A DNA stretch of 60,593 nt, taken from the NCBI GenBank assembly GCA_016186825.1, contig JACPKW010000004.1, positions 196,237 through 256,829 on the forward strand, given 5' to 3'. This DNA is from Candidatus Giovannonibacteria bacterium. Its GTDB lineage: Bacteria; Patescibacteriota; Minisyncoccia; JACPKW01; UBA11713. The position numbers were made by a program, and so were the translations under genes. The notes under the pieces were generated by a model. It saw nothing but the letters and a program-made list of their open reading frames with translations. It was not told where the DNA came from and ran no database searches. Below are positions 33,280-42,810 of this stretch, piece by piece. Position 1 is the stretch's first letter, and the number at the start of each line of letters is the position of its first letter.

Positions 33280-34245
33280 ATGATTTACACAATAAACATT
33301 CCTTCGCGTCCGAGAGTTGTCGAAGATTCCCCGACAAAAGGCGTCTATGAAATAGATGCTTTGCATCCGGGCTACGGCCATACTATCGGAAACAGCTTGA
33401 GGCGGGTTCTTTTATCATCTTTGCCTGGAGCTGCGATTACCAAGGTCAGAATCCACGGCGTGCCGCATGAATTTTCAACAATACCGGATGTCAAAGAAGA
33501 CGTGATTTCCATCCTGCTTAACTTAAAGCAGGTGAGATTTTTAATGCATACGGATGAACCGGTTGAAGTAAAGCTTTCTGCAAAAGGAGTCAAAGAAGTT
33601 AAGGCTAAAGATTTTGAAACTCCGACGCAAGTTGAGGTTGTCAACAAGGATGCACTGATCGCGACCTTGGGGGCAAAAGACGGAAAATTCGAACTGGAAG
33701 CGACAGTCGAAAAAGGCTTGGGCTACATTCCTCGCGAAGTCATTGAAAAAGAAAAAGTGGATATTGGCACGCTTACGCTTGATGCGATATTCACACCGAT
33801 CCGAAAAGTAAATTACGAAGTTGAAAATATGCGCGTGGGTGATCGCACGGATTATAATCGCTTGCGTTTTTCGATTGAAACAGACGGGACGATCACGCCG
33901 AGAGAAGCTTTCGAAAAAAGTTTAGAAATTTTATTAAAGCAACTGGAAGCTGTCCGAATGATGCCCAAAGAAGAAATAAGGGAAATCGCCGAGGAAGCAA
34001 AAGAGACCTCTAGCGAAGAAACTGCAGAAAAAAGTGAAGCGGAAGATCCTCTCAAAATCAGAATTGAGGATCTCGATTTGTCAGGGCGCACTTTCAACGC
34101 ACTTTCAGGGGCTGGGATCCGGACTGTCGGCGGACTTGTAAAGAAAACCCGTGAAGACTTGCTTGAACTTGAGGGTGTGGGAGAAAAGGCTGTATCTGAA
34201 ATCAAGAAAGCTTTGGGTAAATTAGATCTTAAATTAAAGGAATAA
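33280..34245 (+). CDS. rpoA: DNA-directed RNA polymerase subunit alpha
   Basis: GYGHTIGNSLRRVLLSSLPGAAIT N-terminal domain and the C-terminal LDLSGRTFNALSGAGIRTVGGLV HhH domain. Confidence 0.92.
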   Translation: MIYTINIPSRPRVVEDSPTKGVYEIDALHPGYGHTIGNSLRRVLLSSLPGAAITKVRIHGVPHEFSTIPDVKEDVISILLNLKQVRFLMHTDEPVEVKLSAKGVKEVKAKDFETPTQVEVVNKDALIATLGAKDGKFELEATVEKGLGYIPREVIEKEKVDIGTLTLDAIFTPIRKVNYEVENMRVGDRTDYNRLRFSIETDGTITPREAFEKSLEILLKQLEAVRMMPKEEIREIAEEAKETSSEETAEKSEAEDPLKIRIEDLDLSGRTFNALSGAGIRTVGGLVKKTREDLLELEGVGEKAVSEIKKALGKLDLKLKE

Positions 34246-34308
34246 AGTGATCAATTTTTGCCAAAGTTTTGATTATAAATTGAATTATTGTAATTTATAA
34301 AAATTGGC

Positions 34309-34659
34309 ATGCGACATCAAAGAGCTGGCAGAAAATTTGGTAGGGTAAGAAAAGTCAGGAGAGCTTTTTTCAAGTCGCTCTTGCGCTCTTTGATTTTGAA
34401 AGAGAAAATCATCACAACTGAAGCGCGGGCGAAGGAAATCCGGCCGAAAGTTGAAAAATTAGTTACAAAAGCGAAGCGAGGCGATTTGGCTTCACGAAGG
34501 CTTGTCATTTCAGAAACTGACAATAAAACCGCTATTCGATTGTTTTCTGCGATCGCGCCGCGTTTCCAGGAACGACATGGCGGCTACACGAGGATTACAA
34601 AGCTTCCGAGGAGAAAGTCAGATAATTCCCCACGGGCAATAATTGAATTCGTAAAATAA
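34309..34659 (+). CDS. rplQ: 50S ribosomal protein L17
   Basis: MRHQRAGRKFGR...ITTEARAKEIRPKVEKLVT...HGGYTRI. Confidence 0.9.
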   Translation: MRHQRAGRKFGRVRKVRRAFFKSLLRSLILKEKIITTEARAKEIRPKVEKLVTKAKRGDLASRRLVISETDNKTAIRLFSAIAPRFQERHGGYTRITKLPRRKSDNSPRAIIEFVK

Positions 34660-34666
34660 AAAAATC

Positions 34667-35008
34667 ATGCAAGTTTTGACTGTTGATGTTAAAGGAAAAA
34701 TATTGGGACGCGCAGCATCAGAGGTCGCGATACTTTTGCGCGGGAAGAATCGTGCTGATTTTGAGCCCCGAATTCGCCCGACGCACAAGGTTAAGATTGA
34801 GAACGTGGACAAATTGAAAGTAAGCGGAAATAAATTCCGGGAAAAAATTTACATGAGATATTCCGGCTTCCCGAGCGGCCTTAGGCGTTTGACTATGGAA
34901 GAAGTTTTTATGAAAAATCCTGAAGAAATTTTTAAGCGTGCCGTTTGGGGGATGCTTCCGAATAATAAATCCAGAAAATTTATTATTAGAAATTTGATTT
35001 TTAAATGA
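34667..35008 (+). CDS. rplM: 50S ribosomal protein L13 (short, 113 aa)
   Basis: LGRAASEVAILLRGKN...Y..YSGFPSG...AVWGMLPNNK. Confidence 0.85.
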   Translation: MQVLTVDVKGKILGRAASEVAILLRGKNRADFEPRIRPTHKVKIENVDKLKVSGNKFREKIYMRYSGFPSGLRRLTMEEVFMKNPEEIFKRAVWGMLPNNKSRKFIIRNLIFK

Positions 35009-35502
35009 AAAAAGAACTGAAAACTAAAAAGGCTTCTGAAAAAAATCTGCATGTGAAAGCAAAAAAGGAAACTGCGGAAATCGAAAAACCGGAAGCGGCC
35101 GCACCGATAGTGGAAAGATTTATTGAAGCTGTTGGGCGCAGGAAAACTTCGATTGCCCGCGTTCGGATTACAGAGATGGGGAAGCGCGGAATGGTAATTA
35201 ACAAAAAGGAACTTGAGACTTATTTTCCGACATTTGAACTGCAAAATATTGTGCTTGAGCCGTTTAAGAAAGCCGCGCTTAAGAAAAGTTTCTCTCTGAG
35301 CTCAAAAGTTTCGGGAGGGGGAATTCACTCGCAGGCGGAAGCGGTGCGGCATGGAATTTCGAGAGCGCTTGTAAAATACGACGAAGCGCTGCGTTTGAAC
35401 TTAAAGCCTTTCGGTTTTTTGAAACGCGATCCGAGAATGAAGGAGAGGCGCAAATTCGGCCTGAAAAAAGCACGCAAAGCTCCGCAGTGGTCGAAGCGTT
35501 AA
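35005..35502 (+). CDS. rpsI: 30S ribosomal protein S9 with Lys/Glu-rich N-terminal extension
   Basis: GRRKTSIARVRI...GGGIHSQAEAVRHGISRAL...RDPRMKERRKFGLKKARKAPQWSKR. Confidence 0.88.
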   Translation: MKKELKTKKASEKNLHVKAKKETAEIEKPEAAAPIVERFIEAVGRRKTSIARVRITEMGKRGMVINKKELETYFPTFELQNIVLEPFKKAALKKSFSLSSKVSGGGIHSQAEAVRHGISRALVKYDEALRLNLKPFGFLKRDPRMKERRKFGLKKARKAPQWSKR

Positions 35503-35658
35503 AACGCATCTAGGAAAGGATTTAATTCTACATTGGTACCATCTTGGGGCGATCGTGGGGAGATGGAACCATAAAAAGATAGTATTCATTAGAAGAAATC
35601 AAGAAATAAAAGAGGCGGGAGAATGTTGAGTTCTTTCCGCCTCGTAATGTTAGCCAAA

Positions 35659-36255
35659 TCAGAGTCCGACTGTTTGGGCTATCCGGATACCCGTCACAAC
35701 CCAAATAAGTATCCAGACACTGCCTATCTGCCAAATCGCTGTAAGAGTCAATTTCCACTTGTGTGTGAACTTTATAATTCCCAATGGGATATGGATTGAG
35801 AGCAAGACGGCGACTCCGAACAGCTCTTTTACTGTTGGTGAGGGCGATATCTCCCCAAAGTAGAACTTCAGGAAAATCCATAGGACAATCACGGAGTAAA
35901 TTCCGTGAAGTATCCCCGCACCTGTTGTTTTCCCGTCGTGGGTGTGAGCCTCGGGAAATTTTTTTCCATTCTCGCGGTACATTTTCCCAAAAGTCAGAAC
36001 GACTGCAGTCGAGATAATGATGGCAAGCGAGCCGCTCTGCGATAATAACGGGAAGTCGTGCTTTTTGAGAAGATATGTAACGAGTGGTGTCATGATTATA
36101 AGATCTGACCAAATACCGCCATGCTGCAAAAAGGAGTAGGCGTTCCCGCCCCAAATTTCAATCTGCCTTTTGGAGAAGTAGCGGTCCCTCGCAGACATTA
36201 CTCCCTGTAGAATGATCAATCCATATCCGACCAATAACCATATCAGAACTTCCAT
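35659..36255 (-). CDS. hypothetical integral membrane protein
   Basis: RBS GGAGGTG upstream and several hydrophobic helices. Preferred over the overlapping alternative-frame ORF 35528-36154. Confidence 0.5.
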   Translation of the reverse strand: MEVLIWLLVGYGLIILQGVMSARDRYFSKRQIEIWGGNAYSFLQHGGIWSDLIIMTPLVTYLLKKHDFPLLSQSGSLAIIISTAVVLTFGKMYRENGKKFPEAHTHDGKTTGAGILHGIYSVIVLWIFLKFYFGEISPSPTVKELFGVAVLLSIHIPLGIIKFTHKWKLTLTAIWQIGSVWILIWVVTGIRIAQTVGL

Positions 36256-36326
36256 TATTGCACCTCCGTGTCTGAAATTTGATTAATTTAATACCATTTG
36301 CATATGAGATTGTCAAATCCGAAAAT

Positions 36327-36353
36327 TTAGCACTCTTGACGGGGGAGTGCTAA
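36327..36353 (+). promoter_or_regulatory. CIRCE operator (HrcA binding site)
   Basis: TTAGCACTC-TTGACGGGG-GAGTGCTAA is a perfect match to the CIRCE consensus TTAGCACTC-N9-GAGTGCTAA, 17 nt upstream of hrcA. Confidence 0.9.
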
Positions 36354-36369
36354 ATGATAAAATGGCCTA

Positions 36370-37089
36370 ATGAGATTGGCAGAAAGGGAGGAAAATATTC
36401 TTGATTTCATTATCCGAGATTTTATCCGGAGCGCGGCTCCGGTTTCATCTGGGCGGATTGTCGATGAAAGTTCGTTTGATCTAAGCCCTGCAACTATCAG
36501 GAACGCAATGCTTAAGCTTGACGAAGAAGGTTTCTTGGAACAGCCGCACACTTCCGCTGGGAGAATTCCGACGGATCGGGGATATAGATATTTTGTTGAC
36601 AATTTGATGGAACATGAAATTCCGCAGAAGAAGGAGCGCGAAATTTTTGAGGAAATGCAAAAAAATTTTCAGGATTCGAGCGAGGACCTATTCGAGAATT
36701 TCGGAAAAGAAGTTTCAAGGCATTTGAATCTTTTTTGCGGATTTGCTAAATTCGGCGCGCGTCTGCACACGGATGGTTACGGTTTCGAGGAAGTTTTGAA
36801 AGAGCCGGAATTCGAAGACCGGGAAATGCTTCTTGAATTCGGCAAGCTCGTGGATAACCTCGATCTCCTCACCTCAAATTATTTTGAGCGCACGCGCAGG
36901 GGAAATCCGGCTGTATTCATCGGCGAAGAAAATCCGATCCGTTCGGCAAGAAATTTCGGCGCGGTTTCTGTCAGATTTGAAAATGGCAATTTTGGGAAAG
37001 GAGTTATCTTTTCCATCGGACCCAAGAGAATGAATTATGAACGTGCGTCTGCGCTTCTCGATTTTGCACTGAAGCAATTTATTAAATAA
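36370..37089 (+). CDS. hrcA: heat-inducible transcription repressor HrcA (short, 239 aa)
   Basis: N-terminal wHTH pattern ...PVSSGRIV...LSPATIRNAMLKLDEEGFLEQPHTSAGRIPTDRGYRYFVDNL. Gene context CIRCE-hrcA-grpE-dnaK. Confidence 0.8.
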   Translation: MRLAEREENILDFIIRDFIRSAAPVSSGRIVDESSFDLSPATIRNAMLKLDEEGFLEQPHTSAGRIPTDRGYRYFVDNLMEHEIPQKKEREIFEEMQKNFQDSSEDLFENFGKEVSRHLNLFCGFAKFGARLHTDGYGFEEVLKEPEFEDREMLLEFGKLVDNLDLLTSNYFERTRRGNPAVFIGEENPIRSARNFGAVSVRFENGNFGKGVIFSIGPKRMNYERASALLDFALKQFIK

Positions 37090-37098
37090 TTTTTGAGT

Positions 37099-37641
37099 AT
37101 GGAAAAAGATGAAAATACTTCAGGCCAAGAAGAAACGCTCGAACTTGATGAAGAAATGCTTGAAGAGGAAGGGCTGAAAGAAAAATTAAAAAAAATAAGG
37201 CGTGAGCTTGAATTATGCAGGAAAGAAAAGGAGGAATACTTGGCGGGCTGGCAGAGAGCGAAAGCGGATTTCATAAACGCGAGAAAAGACGAAGAAAAAA
37301 ACCGTGTAAATCTGTTTCATTATGCAAAAGAAGAGTCGATAAAAGATTTTTTGCTTATAGCGGATTCATTGGAGCTTGCGACTAGATCGAAACCTTCCGA
37401 AGGAATGAGCCAAATACACGCTCAGTTGATAGAAATTTTAAAAAGAAACGGGGTGGAGCCGATTGAGTGCGTTGGCGCAAAGTTTGACCCGGAAGAACAC
37501 GAGGCGCTCGAAAAAATGGAAGTGGCTGAAGAGTTGAAAGACGAAATAGTGCTCGAAGAATTTCAGAAAGGATATCGGCTTGGTGACAAAATATTACGAC
37601 CTGCAAAAGTTAAAGTAGGCGAGTACAAATTAAAAAATTAA
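37099..37641 (+). CDS. grpE: nucleotide exchange factor GrpE
   Basis: Coiled-coil N-terminus, YLAGWQRAKADFINARKD, and C-terminal FDPEEHEAL...GYRLGDKILRPAKVKV. Confidence 0.88.
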   Translation: MEKDENTSGQEETLELDEEMLEEEGLKEKLKKIRRELELCRKEKEEYLAGWQRAKADFINARKDEEKNRVNLFHYAKEESIKDFLLIADSLELATRSKPSEGMSQIHAQLIEILKRNGVEPIECVGAKFDPEEHEALEKMEVAEELKDEIVLEEFQKGYRLGDKILRPAKVKVGEYKLKN

Positions 37642-37661
37642 CAAATTAAAAAATTTAAAAC

Positions 37662-39590
37662 ATGGCAAAAATATTAGGAATTGATTTAGGAACCACAAAC
37701 TCGGCAATGGCAGTTGTTGAAGGGGGGGAGCCTAGGATTATTGAAAACGACGAGGGCGCGCGCACTACGCCGTCCATTGTTGCGATCTCAAAATCAGGCG
37801 ATCGATTGGTTGGCCTGCTCGCAAAGCGTCAAACAGTTACAAATCCAGAAAATACGATCTACTCTGTTAAGCGCCTGGTCGGGCGAAAGTTTTCCGATTC
37901 CGAAGTCCAGAAAGACCAGCAGCTTCTGCCTTATAAAATCAGAGAATCTGCAAACGGCGGAGTGGAGGTAAAAATGGGTGAGAAATGGTACCGTCCGGAG
38001 GAAATTTCCGCAATGGTGCTTCAGAAATTAAAAAAAGACGCAGAAACGCGCATGGGCGAAAAAATTACGTCCGCGATTATAACAGTCCCGGCTTATTTCG
38101 ACGATGCGCAAAGGCAGGCTACTAAAAACGCGGGAGAAATCGCGGGTTTCAAAGTTGAGCGGATTTTAAATGAGCCGACTGCCGCGGCATTGGCATATGG
38201 TTTTAATAAAAAGAAAAACGAACAAATTGTTGTTTATGATTTTGGAGGAGGCACGTTTGACGTTTCAGTGCTTGAAGTTTCAAAAGACACGATTGAGGTT
38301 AAGGCGACCGACGGGGATACGCATCTCGGCGGCGATGATTTTGACCAAAAAGTTATTTCGTGGATTATTTCAGAATTCAGAAAAGACCAGGGGATTGATC
38401 TTTCGAAAGACACGCTTGCGCTGCAGCGCCTGAAAGAAGCGGCGGAAAAAGCAAAGCACGAACTTTCAAATACGCCCGAAACCGAACTCAATATTCCGTT
38501 CATTACTTCTGACGCATCTGGACCCAAGCATCTGGTAATGAAATTTACCCGAACTGAGCTTGAAAAGTTGGTTGAAGAGCATGTGGATCGTTCTGTCGAA
38601 ATTACAAAACGCGCGGTTTCAGCTGCAGGATTCCAACTTACGGATATAGACGAGATTATTTTAGTCGGAGGCCAGACGCGAATGCCTTTGATTCAAGATA
38701 AAGTCCGCTCACTTTTTGGGAAAGAACCGAACCGCTCCATTAATCCCGATGAAGTTGTCGCGATCGGCGCGGCGGTGCAGGCTGGAATTTTGCAGGGCGA
38801 TGTTAAAGACGTGCTTTTGCTCGATGTAACTCCGCTTTCCCTTGGAATCGAAACTTTGGGAGGAGTCATGACAAGAATAATTGAAAAAAATACAACGATT
38901 CCTGTTACAAAAACGCAGGTTTTCTCGACCGCTGCTGATAATCAGACTTCTGTTGAAATTCATGTTTTGCAGGGCGAGCGCGAAATGGCGGCTGATAATA
39001 AAACGCTCGGCAGATTTATTTTGGATGGAATTCCTCCTTCGCCGCGCGGTCTTCCGCAAGTTGAAGTATCTTTTGATATCGATGCGAACGGAATTCTGAA
39101 CGTGAAAGCTAAAGATAAGGCAACTTCAAAAGGACAGTCTGTGAGGATCGAAGCTTCGACAGGCCTTTCGAAAGAAGATATTGAGCGGATGCAAAAAGAT
39201 GCGGAGCTACACGCGGCGGAAGACAAAAAAAAGCGCGAATTAATCGAGGCGAAAAACAGCGCGGATCAGATAATTTATTCTGCAGAGAAAGCGTTGCGGG
39301 ATTCTGGCGATAAAGTTTCCGAAGATATTAAAAAAGATATTAATACGCATATTGAAGATTTGAGGAAAACTAAAGACTCGGCGGGAAGCGCCTCGGAAAT
39401 AAATTCTAAAATTTCTGAACTGTCAGGGGCGCTCCAAAAAATAGGAGAGGCGATATATCAGGGAAAAAAGGGCGGAGAAGCTGGCGCAAATCCGGGCTCA
39501 TCCGGCGCTCAAGGTTCGCCTGGCCCCGAAGCTCGCGATGCAAATTACGAGGAGATTAATGAAGATAAAAAAGACGAAGAGAATAAATAG
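37662..39590 (+). CDS. dnaK: molecular chaperone DnaK (Hsp70)
   Basis: [29 protein letters not shown] and other canonical Hsp70 signatures. Confidence 0.97.
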   Translation: MAKILGIDLGTTNSAMAVVEGGEPRIIENDEGARTTPSIVAISKSGDRLVGLLAKRQTVTNPENTIYSVKRLVGRKFSDSEVQKDQQLLPYKIRESANGGVEVKMGEKWYRPEEISAMVLQKLKKDAETRMGEKITSAIITVPAYFDDAQRQATKNAGEIAGFKVERILNEPTAAALAYGFNKKKNEQIVVYDFGGGTFDVSVLEVSKDTIEVKATDGDTHLGGDDFDQKVISWIISEFRKDQGIDLSKDTLALQRLKEAAEKAKHELSNTPETELNIPFITSDASGPKHLVMKFTRTELEKLVEEHVDRSVEITKRAVSAAGFQLTDIDEIILVGGQTRMPLIQDKVRSLFGKEPNRSINPDEVVAIGAAVQAGILQGDVKDVLLLDVTPLSLGIETLGGVMTRIIEKNTTIPVTKTQVFSTAADNQTSVEIHVLQGEREMAADNKTLGRFILDGIPPSPRGLPQVEVSFDIDANGILNVKAKDKATSKGQSVRIEASTGLSKEDIERMQKDAELHAAEDKKKRELIEAKNSADQIIYSAEKALRDSGDKVSEDIKKDINTHIEDLRKTKDSAGSASEINSKISELSGALQKIGEAIYQGKKGGEAGANPGSSGAQGSPGPEARDANYEEINEDKKDEENK

Positions 39591-39594
39591 CTAA

Positions 39595-40527
39595 ATGCGA
39601 AAATTTTCCAAAATAGGCTTAGCTCTGGCAATTCTATTAACAGCTCTGCTATTTTGGTTTCTCTTGCTCCGTTTTCCGTTAGTGCCCGACAACCCTCTTG
39701 TATATCTCGGATTGGGCATTATCGCAATCTGTATCGCTCTGTTAAGCTTTGCCCTTCTATTCTTGCCGTGGTGGGCGAATGCGCTTCTCGTTTTTTTGGC
39801 CGCTCTGCCGGTTCTTTCCTTTGCGGATTTTTCAGCGAAAAATTTATTTTTGCTTGTTATTTTTGCATTATTCATTTTTTGGCCGGCGCATCGCTTAAAA
39901 AGAGAGGCAATTTCGCGAGCTGATTTTTCTTTTGCGAAGATTTTCAGAAAAGGAATCCCGCTTTTTGGAACGTTGGCGTCTCTATTTTTGGCACTTGTAT
40001 TTCTGCCCTCTTTTGAGGAATTCAGCCCTGAAAAATATTTTCCGAGAGATTTTTTCAACATTGTTTATCGGGGAGTCAAACAAACAATCTCAACTGTGAA
40101 TCCAACGCTCAAAAACCTTTTACCTGATCCGAACCGCAAAATTGATGACGTCATTTATGACCAGATTTCAAAAAATTCAAAACTTAATTTAAGAAATGTT
40201 ACGGAAGCCGAGCGCGAAATTATGATTTCAACGGCGCGTCAAGAAATGTCCCAAACTTTCGCGATTAAAATTGAGAAAGGGGAGACTGCCGGGGATGTTT
40301 ATTACAGATACTCCATAAGCGCTCTTGACAGTGGGCTCCGCTATTACCGTCAGTACATCCCGGCTTTCTTTTCCTTGGCAATTTTCGGCCTTTCCCGGCT
40401 TATTTTCGCGATTTTGGGCTGGATATCTTTAGTTCTTGCATGGATTTTGCTAAGATTGGGCTTGAAGAGAGGCATTTTTGAATTTAAAGAGCGCTCTCTT
40501 ATGCAAAAATATTTAGTTTTAAGATAA
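39595..40527 (+). CDS. hypothetical integral membrane protein inserted between dnaK and dnaJ
   Basis: Starts 4 nt after the dnaK stop and ends 6 nt before the dnaJ start. Multiple TM helices and no motif recognised. Confidence 0.55.
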   Translation: MRKFSKIGLALAILLTALLFWFLLLRFPLVPDNPLVYLGLGIIAICIALLSFALLFLPWWANALLVFLAALPVLSFADFSAKNLFLLVIFALFIFWPAHRLKREAISRADFSFAKIFRKGIPLFGTLASLFLALVFLPSFEEFSPEKYFPRDFFNIVYRGVKQTISTVNPTLKNLLPDPNRKIDDVIYDQISKNSKLNLRNVTEAEREIMISTARQEMSQTFAIKIEKGETAGDVYYRYSISALDSGLRYYRQYIPAFFSLAIFGLSRLIFAILGWISLVLAWILLRLGLKRGIFEFKERSLMQKYLVLR

Positions 40528-40533
40528 ACTTTT

Positions 40534-41598
40534 ATGCCAAAGGATTATTATGAAATTTTAGGAGTAGCCAGGAACGCATCAAAAGATGACATAAAAAAAG
40601 CTTTTCGAAAACTTGCGCATAAATTTCATCCGGACAAATCGGGAGGAGACGAGGCGAAGTTCAAGGAAATTAACGAAGCTTATCAAATCTTGCAGGATGA
40701 AAAAAAACGCGCGGAGTATGATCGCTACGGCAGAGTTTTTGGAGACATGGGAGGCGGCGGCGCGGGCGGTTTTGATTTTTCAAATTTCAGCAACTTTTCT
40801 GATTTCGATTTCGGGGACATTTTTGAAGATTTCTTCGGGTTCGAAAATACGAAAGCGCGGAAGATTCGCCGCGGCCGCGATATTTCCATTGATGTGGAGC
40901 TTTCTTTCGAAGAAGCGGTTTTCGGCTCATCGCGCCGCGTTTTGATAAACAAATTTTCTTTTTGCGAGCTTTGTAAGGGAAAAGGTTCTGCGGTTGGCTC
41001 GAAAGAAAAAACTTGTTCGGTTTGCAATGGCTCGGGAATGGTTCGTGAAAACAAGCGTTCGTTTTTTGGGACGATTACAACAATGCGAGAATGTAAAAAC
41101 TGTTTCGGAACGGGAACAATTCCTGAAAAAGAATGTCCGAACTGCACAGGCGCCGGAGTTTTGAAGCGAAGCGAGGAAGTTAAAATTTCCGTTCCCGCGG
41201 GAATCAGGGACGGCGAAATTATAAAACTTTCCGGAAAAGGGGAGGCGGCGAGCCGAGGAATCGCGGGCGATCTTTATGTTCGGATTCATGTTTTGGAGCA
41301 TGCGGTTTTTAAGCGCGAAGGACAGGACTTGGTAATGGATATGGAAATTCCCATGTCGGAAGCGCTCCTAGGAAGCGAGCACAATATCGCGACGCTCGAC
41401 GGGAGCATAAAATTAAAAATTCCAGCAGGAATTGATTCGGGCGAACTCTTGCGCGTACGCTCCAAGGGAGTTCCATACGCGTCCGGCGACGACGGCAGGC
41501 GCGGAGATTTAATCATCAAAGTTATTGTAAAAACTCCGAAGCGGCTTTCAAAGAAAGCGCGCCAGCTTATTGAAGAGCTCAAAAAAGAGGGAATTTAA
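40534..41598 (+). CDS. dnaJ: molecular chaperone DnaJ
   Basis: J domain (DYYEILGV...HPD), a G/F region and four CxxCxGxG zinc-finger repeats. Confidence 0.93.
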   Translation: MPKDYYEILGVARNASKDDIKKAFRKLAHKFHPDKSGGDEAKFKEINEAYQILQDEKKRAEYDRYGRVFGDMGGGGAGGFDFSNFSNFSDFDFGDIFEDFFGFENTKARKIRRGRDISIDVELSFEEAVFGSSRRVLINKFSFCELCKGKGSAVGSKEKTCSVCNGSGMVRENKRSFFGTITTMRECKNCFGTGTIPEKECPNCTGAGVLKRSEEVKISVPAGIRDGEIIKLSGKGEAASRGIAGDLYVRIHVLEHAVFKREGQDLVMDMEIPMSEALLGSEHNIATLDGSIKLKIPAGIDSGELLRVRSKGVPYASGDDGRRGDLIIKVIVKTPKRLSKKARQLIEELKKEGI

Positions 41599-41603
41599 AT
41601 TAC

Positions 41604-42104
41604 ATGGAAATATCGCTTGCGAGCGTCCAGACGATTATGAAAAATCCTACTTGGGACGTTCTTGCGGTGGTTTTTTTTATTGCGGCTGGATTTATTTATG
41701 GAATGTTTGCGGGCAAAAGCAGACTGATTTCCGTTTTGATTGGAACATACATTTCATCATTTATCTTTTCGAATCTTTATTTTCTAAACTCGTTCACAAA
41801 GGAAGGTGATCCCTCCACAATTTTTTTCGTGCGCCTATCCGTTTTTTTTATTCTTTTGATTTTAATTTCTCTTTTGGTCTCGCGATTGCTGGATGGCCGC
41901 ACCTATGAAAATAAAGTCTGGTGGCATGTATTTACGCTTGCTTTTCTTGAGATCGGTTTTTTGATGAGTCTCGCTTTCAAATTTCTGCCGGCGCGCGATG
42001 TCTTGGAATTTTCACCCTTAATTCAAAACTTTTTTGCGGGAGACACTGCGCTTTTCTGGTGGATGAGCCTTCCGCTTCTTGCTCTCTGGATAATTTCGAG
42101 ATAA
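41604..42104 (+). CDS. small integral membrane protein (possibly CvpA-like)
   Basis: Four TM helices, 166 aa. The CvpA assignment is tentative. Confidence 0.45.
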   Translation: MEISLASVQTIMKNPTWDVLAVVFFIAAGFIYGMFAGKSRLISVLIGTYISSFIFSNLYFLNSFTKEGDPSTIFFVRLSVFFILLILISLLVSRLLDGRTYENKVWWHVFTLAFLEIGFLMSLAFKFLPARDVLEFSPLIQNFFAGDTALFWWMSLPLLALWIISR

Positions 42105-42132
42105 TTATATGCGCTTGAAACTCATATTATTG

Positions 42133-42205
42133 TCCGCCCTGCAGGGATCGAACCTGCGACCTTCTCCTTAAAAGGGAGCTGCTCTACCAACTGAGCTAAG
42201 GGCGG
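42133..42205 (-). tRNA. tRNA-Lys (anticodon UUU)
   Basis: Hand-folded cloverleaf: CCGCCCT-UA-GCUC-AGUUGGUA-GAGC-A-GCUCC-CUUUUAA-GGAGA-AGGUC-GCAGG-UUCGAUC-CCUGC-AGGGCGG-A. Features are a 7-bp acceptor stem, G18G19, the T-loop UUCGAUC and no encoded CCA. Confidence 0.85.
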
Positions 42206-42206
42206 A

Positions 42207-42443
42207 TTATGATAATTTTTTTAAGAATTCTTTTCCAAAACCTGATTTTAATTTTTTTTCTGCGTCTCTTGCCTCTTTTCGTGAGCCGATTTCCTTTTCA
42301 AATATTAGAACCCACGGACGATATGCTTTTGTCGACTTTGTTTCCCCATTATTATGAGAAACCAATCTTTTTTTGGGATTCTCACTTATCCCAACATAAA
42401 TCATACCATTCACATAACTTTTTATTGCGTAAACTGAATACAT
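42207..42443 (-). CDS. GIY-YIG nuclease family protein (COG2827/UPF0213-like, 78 aa)
   Basis: MYSVYAIKS...GMIYVGISENPKKRLVSHNNG...R.WVLIFEKEIGSRKEARDAEKKLK has GIY...YVG, conserved Arg, and Glu in the EKKLK helix. The stop codon is 1 nt from the 5' end of tRNA-Lys. The track's N-terminal extension translates a tRNA fragment and a palindrome. Confidence 0.8.
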   Translation of the reverse strand: MYSVYAIKSYVNGMIYVGISENPKKRLVSHNNGETKSTKAYRPWVLIFEKEIGSRKEARDAEKKLKSGFGKEFLKKLS

Positions 42444-42453
42444 ATCACCATGA

Positions 42454-42500
42454 CTGCTCCCTGCCTGCCGGCAGGCAGGTACCAACTGAGCTAAGGGCGG
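42454..42500 (-). pseudogene. partial duplicate of tRNA-Lys 5' portion (nt 1-27) interrupted by a 20-nt palindrome
   Basis: The minus strand reads CCGCCCTTAGCTCAGTTGGTA (tRNA nt 1-21), then CCTGCCTGCCGGCAGGCAGG, then GAGCAG (nt 22-27), and then diverges into the GIY-YIG upstream region. Confidence 0.8.
42460..42479. repeat. 20-nt GC-rich palindrome CCTGCCTGCC|GGCAGGCAGG
   Basis: Perfect palindrome with the same core as 10579-10616. It sits exactly between positions 21 and 22 (D-loop/D-stem junction) of the tRNA fragment. Confidence 0.9.
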
Positions 42501-42618
42501 GAATTCTAGGATTTTATACTTTATTCTTAATGTTTTCAAGCAGTCTTGTAAAACAAATTATCAATAGCGATTGTTAGTATGTAAATTAAAGGTCTAATAG
42601 TTGGTAAATATTATTAAT

Positions 42619-42801
42619 ATGCCTAAATACTCAAGAAGTGCGCAAGATGACATTCAACGCGCTCAAAGAAGGCGCAAACGTGGGACACTCCGTTCCGGCC
42701 GGAGCGGCAAGCGCGTTATAAATCCAAAACAGGCGATTGCAATCGGCCTTTCAGAAGCGCGCCGAAAAGGGAAAAAAGTTCCTCCGCCTCCGCGGGAATA
42801 A
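42619..42801 (+). CDS. small basic protein (DUF6496-like)
   Basis: MPKYSRSAQDDIQRA..RRKRGTLRSGRSGKRVINPKQAIAIGLSEARRKGKKVP. Family assignment is from memory. Confidence 0.5.
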   Translation: MPKYSRSAQDDIQRAQRRRKRGTLRSGRSGKRVINPKQAIAIGLSEARRKGKKVPPPPRE

Positions 42802-42810
42802 TAATGTATT

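Noticed and set aside
35528-36154. 208-aa minus-strand ORF overlapping 35659-36255 in another frame
   Set aside because: The competing frame has a GGAGGTG RBS and clean TM-helix periodicity. This frame gives an Arg/Ser-rich, non-protein-like sequence.
40613-41582. Several 98-140 aa ORFs in other frames or strands across dnaJ
   Set aside because: dnaJ is unambiguous (J domain, G/F region, four CxxCxGxG). The alternatives are frame shadows.
42444-42539. N-terminal extension of the GIY-YIG ORF (MKTLRIKYKILEFPPLAQLVPACRQAGSSHGD)
   Set aside because: The extension is a translation of the tRNA-Lys 5' fragment (LAQLV) and the GC palindrome (PACRQAG). GIY-YIG proteins of this family start at M-Y-x-V-Y.
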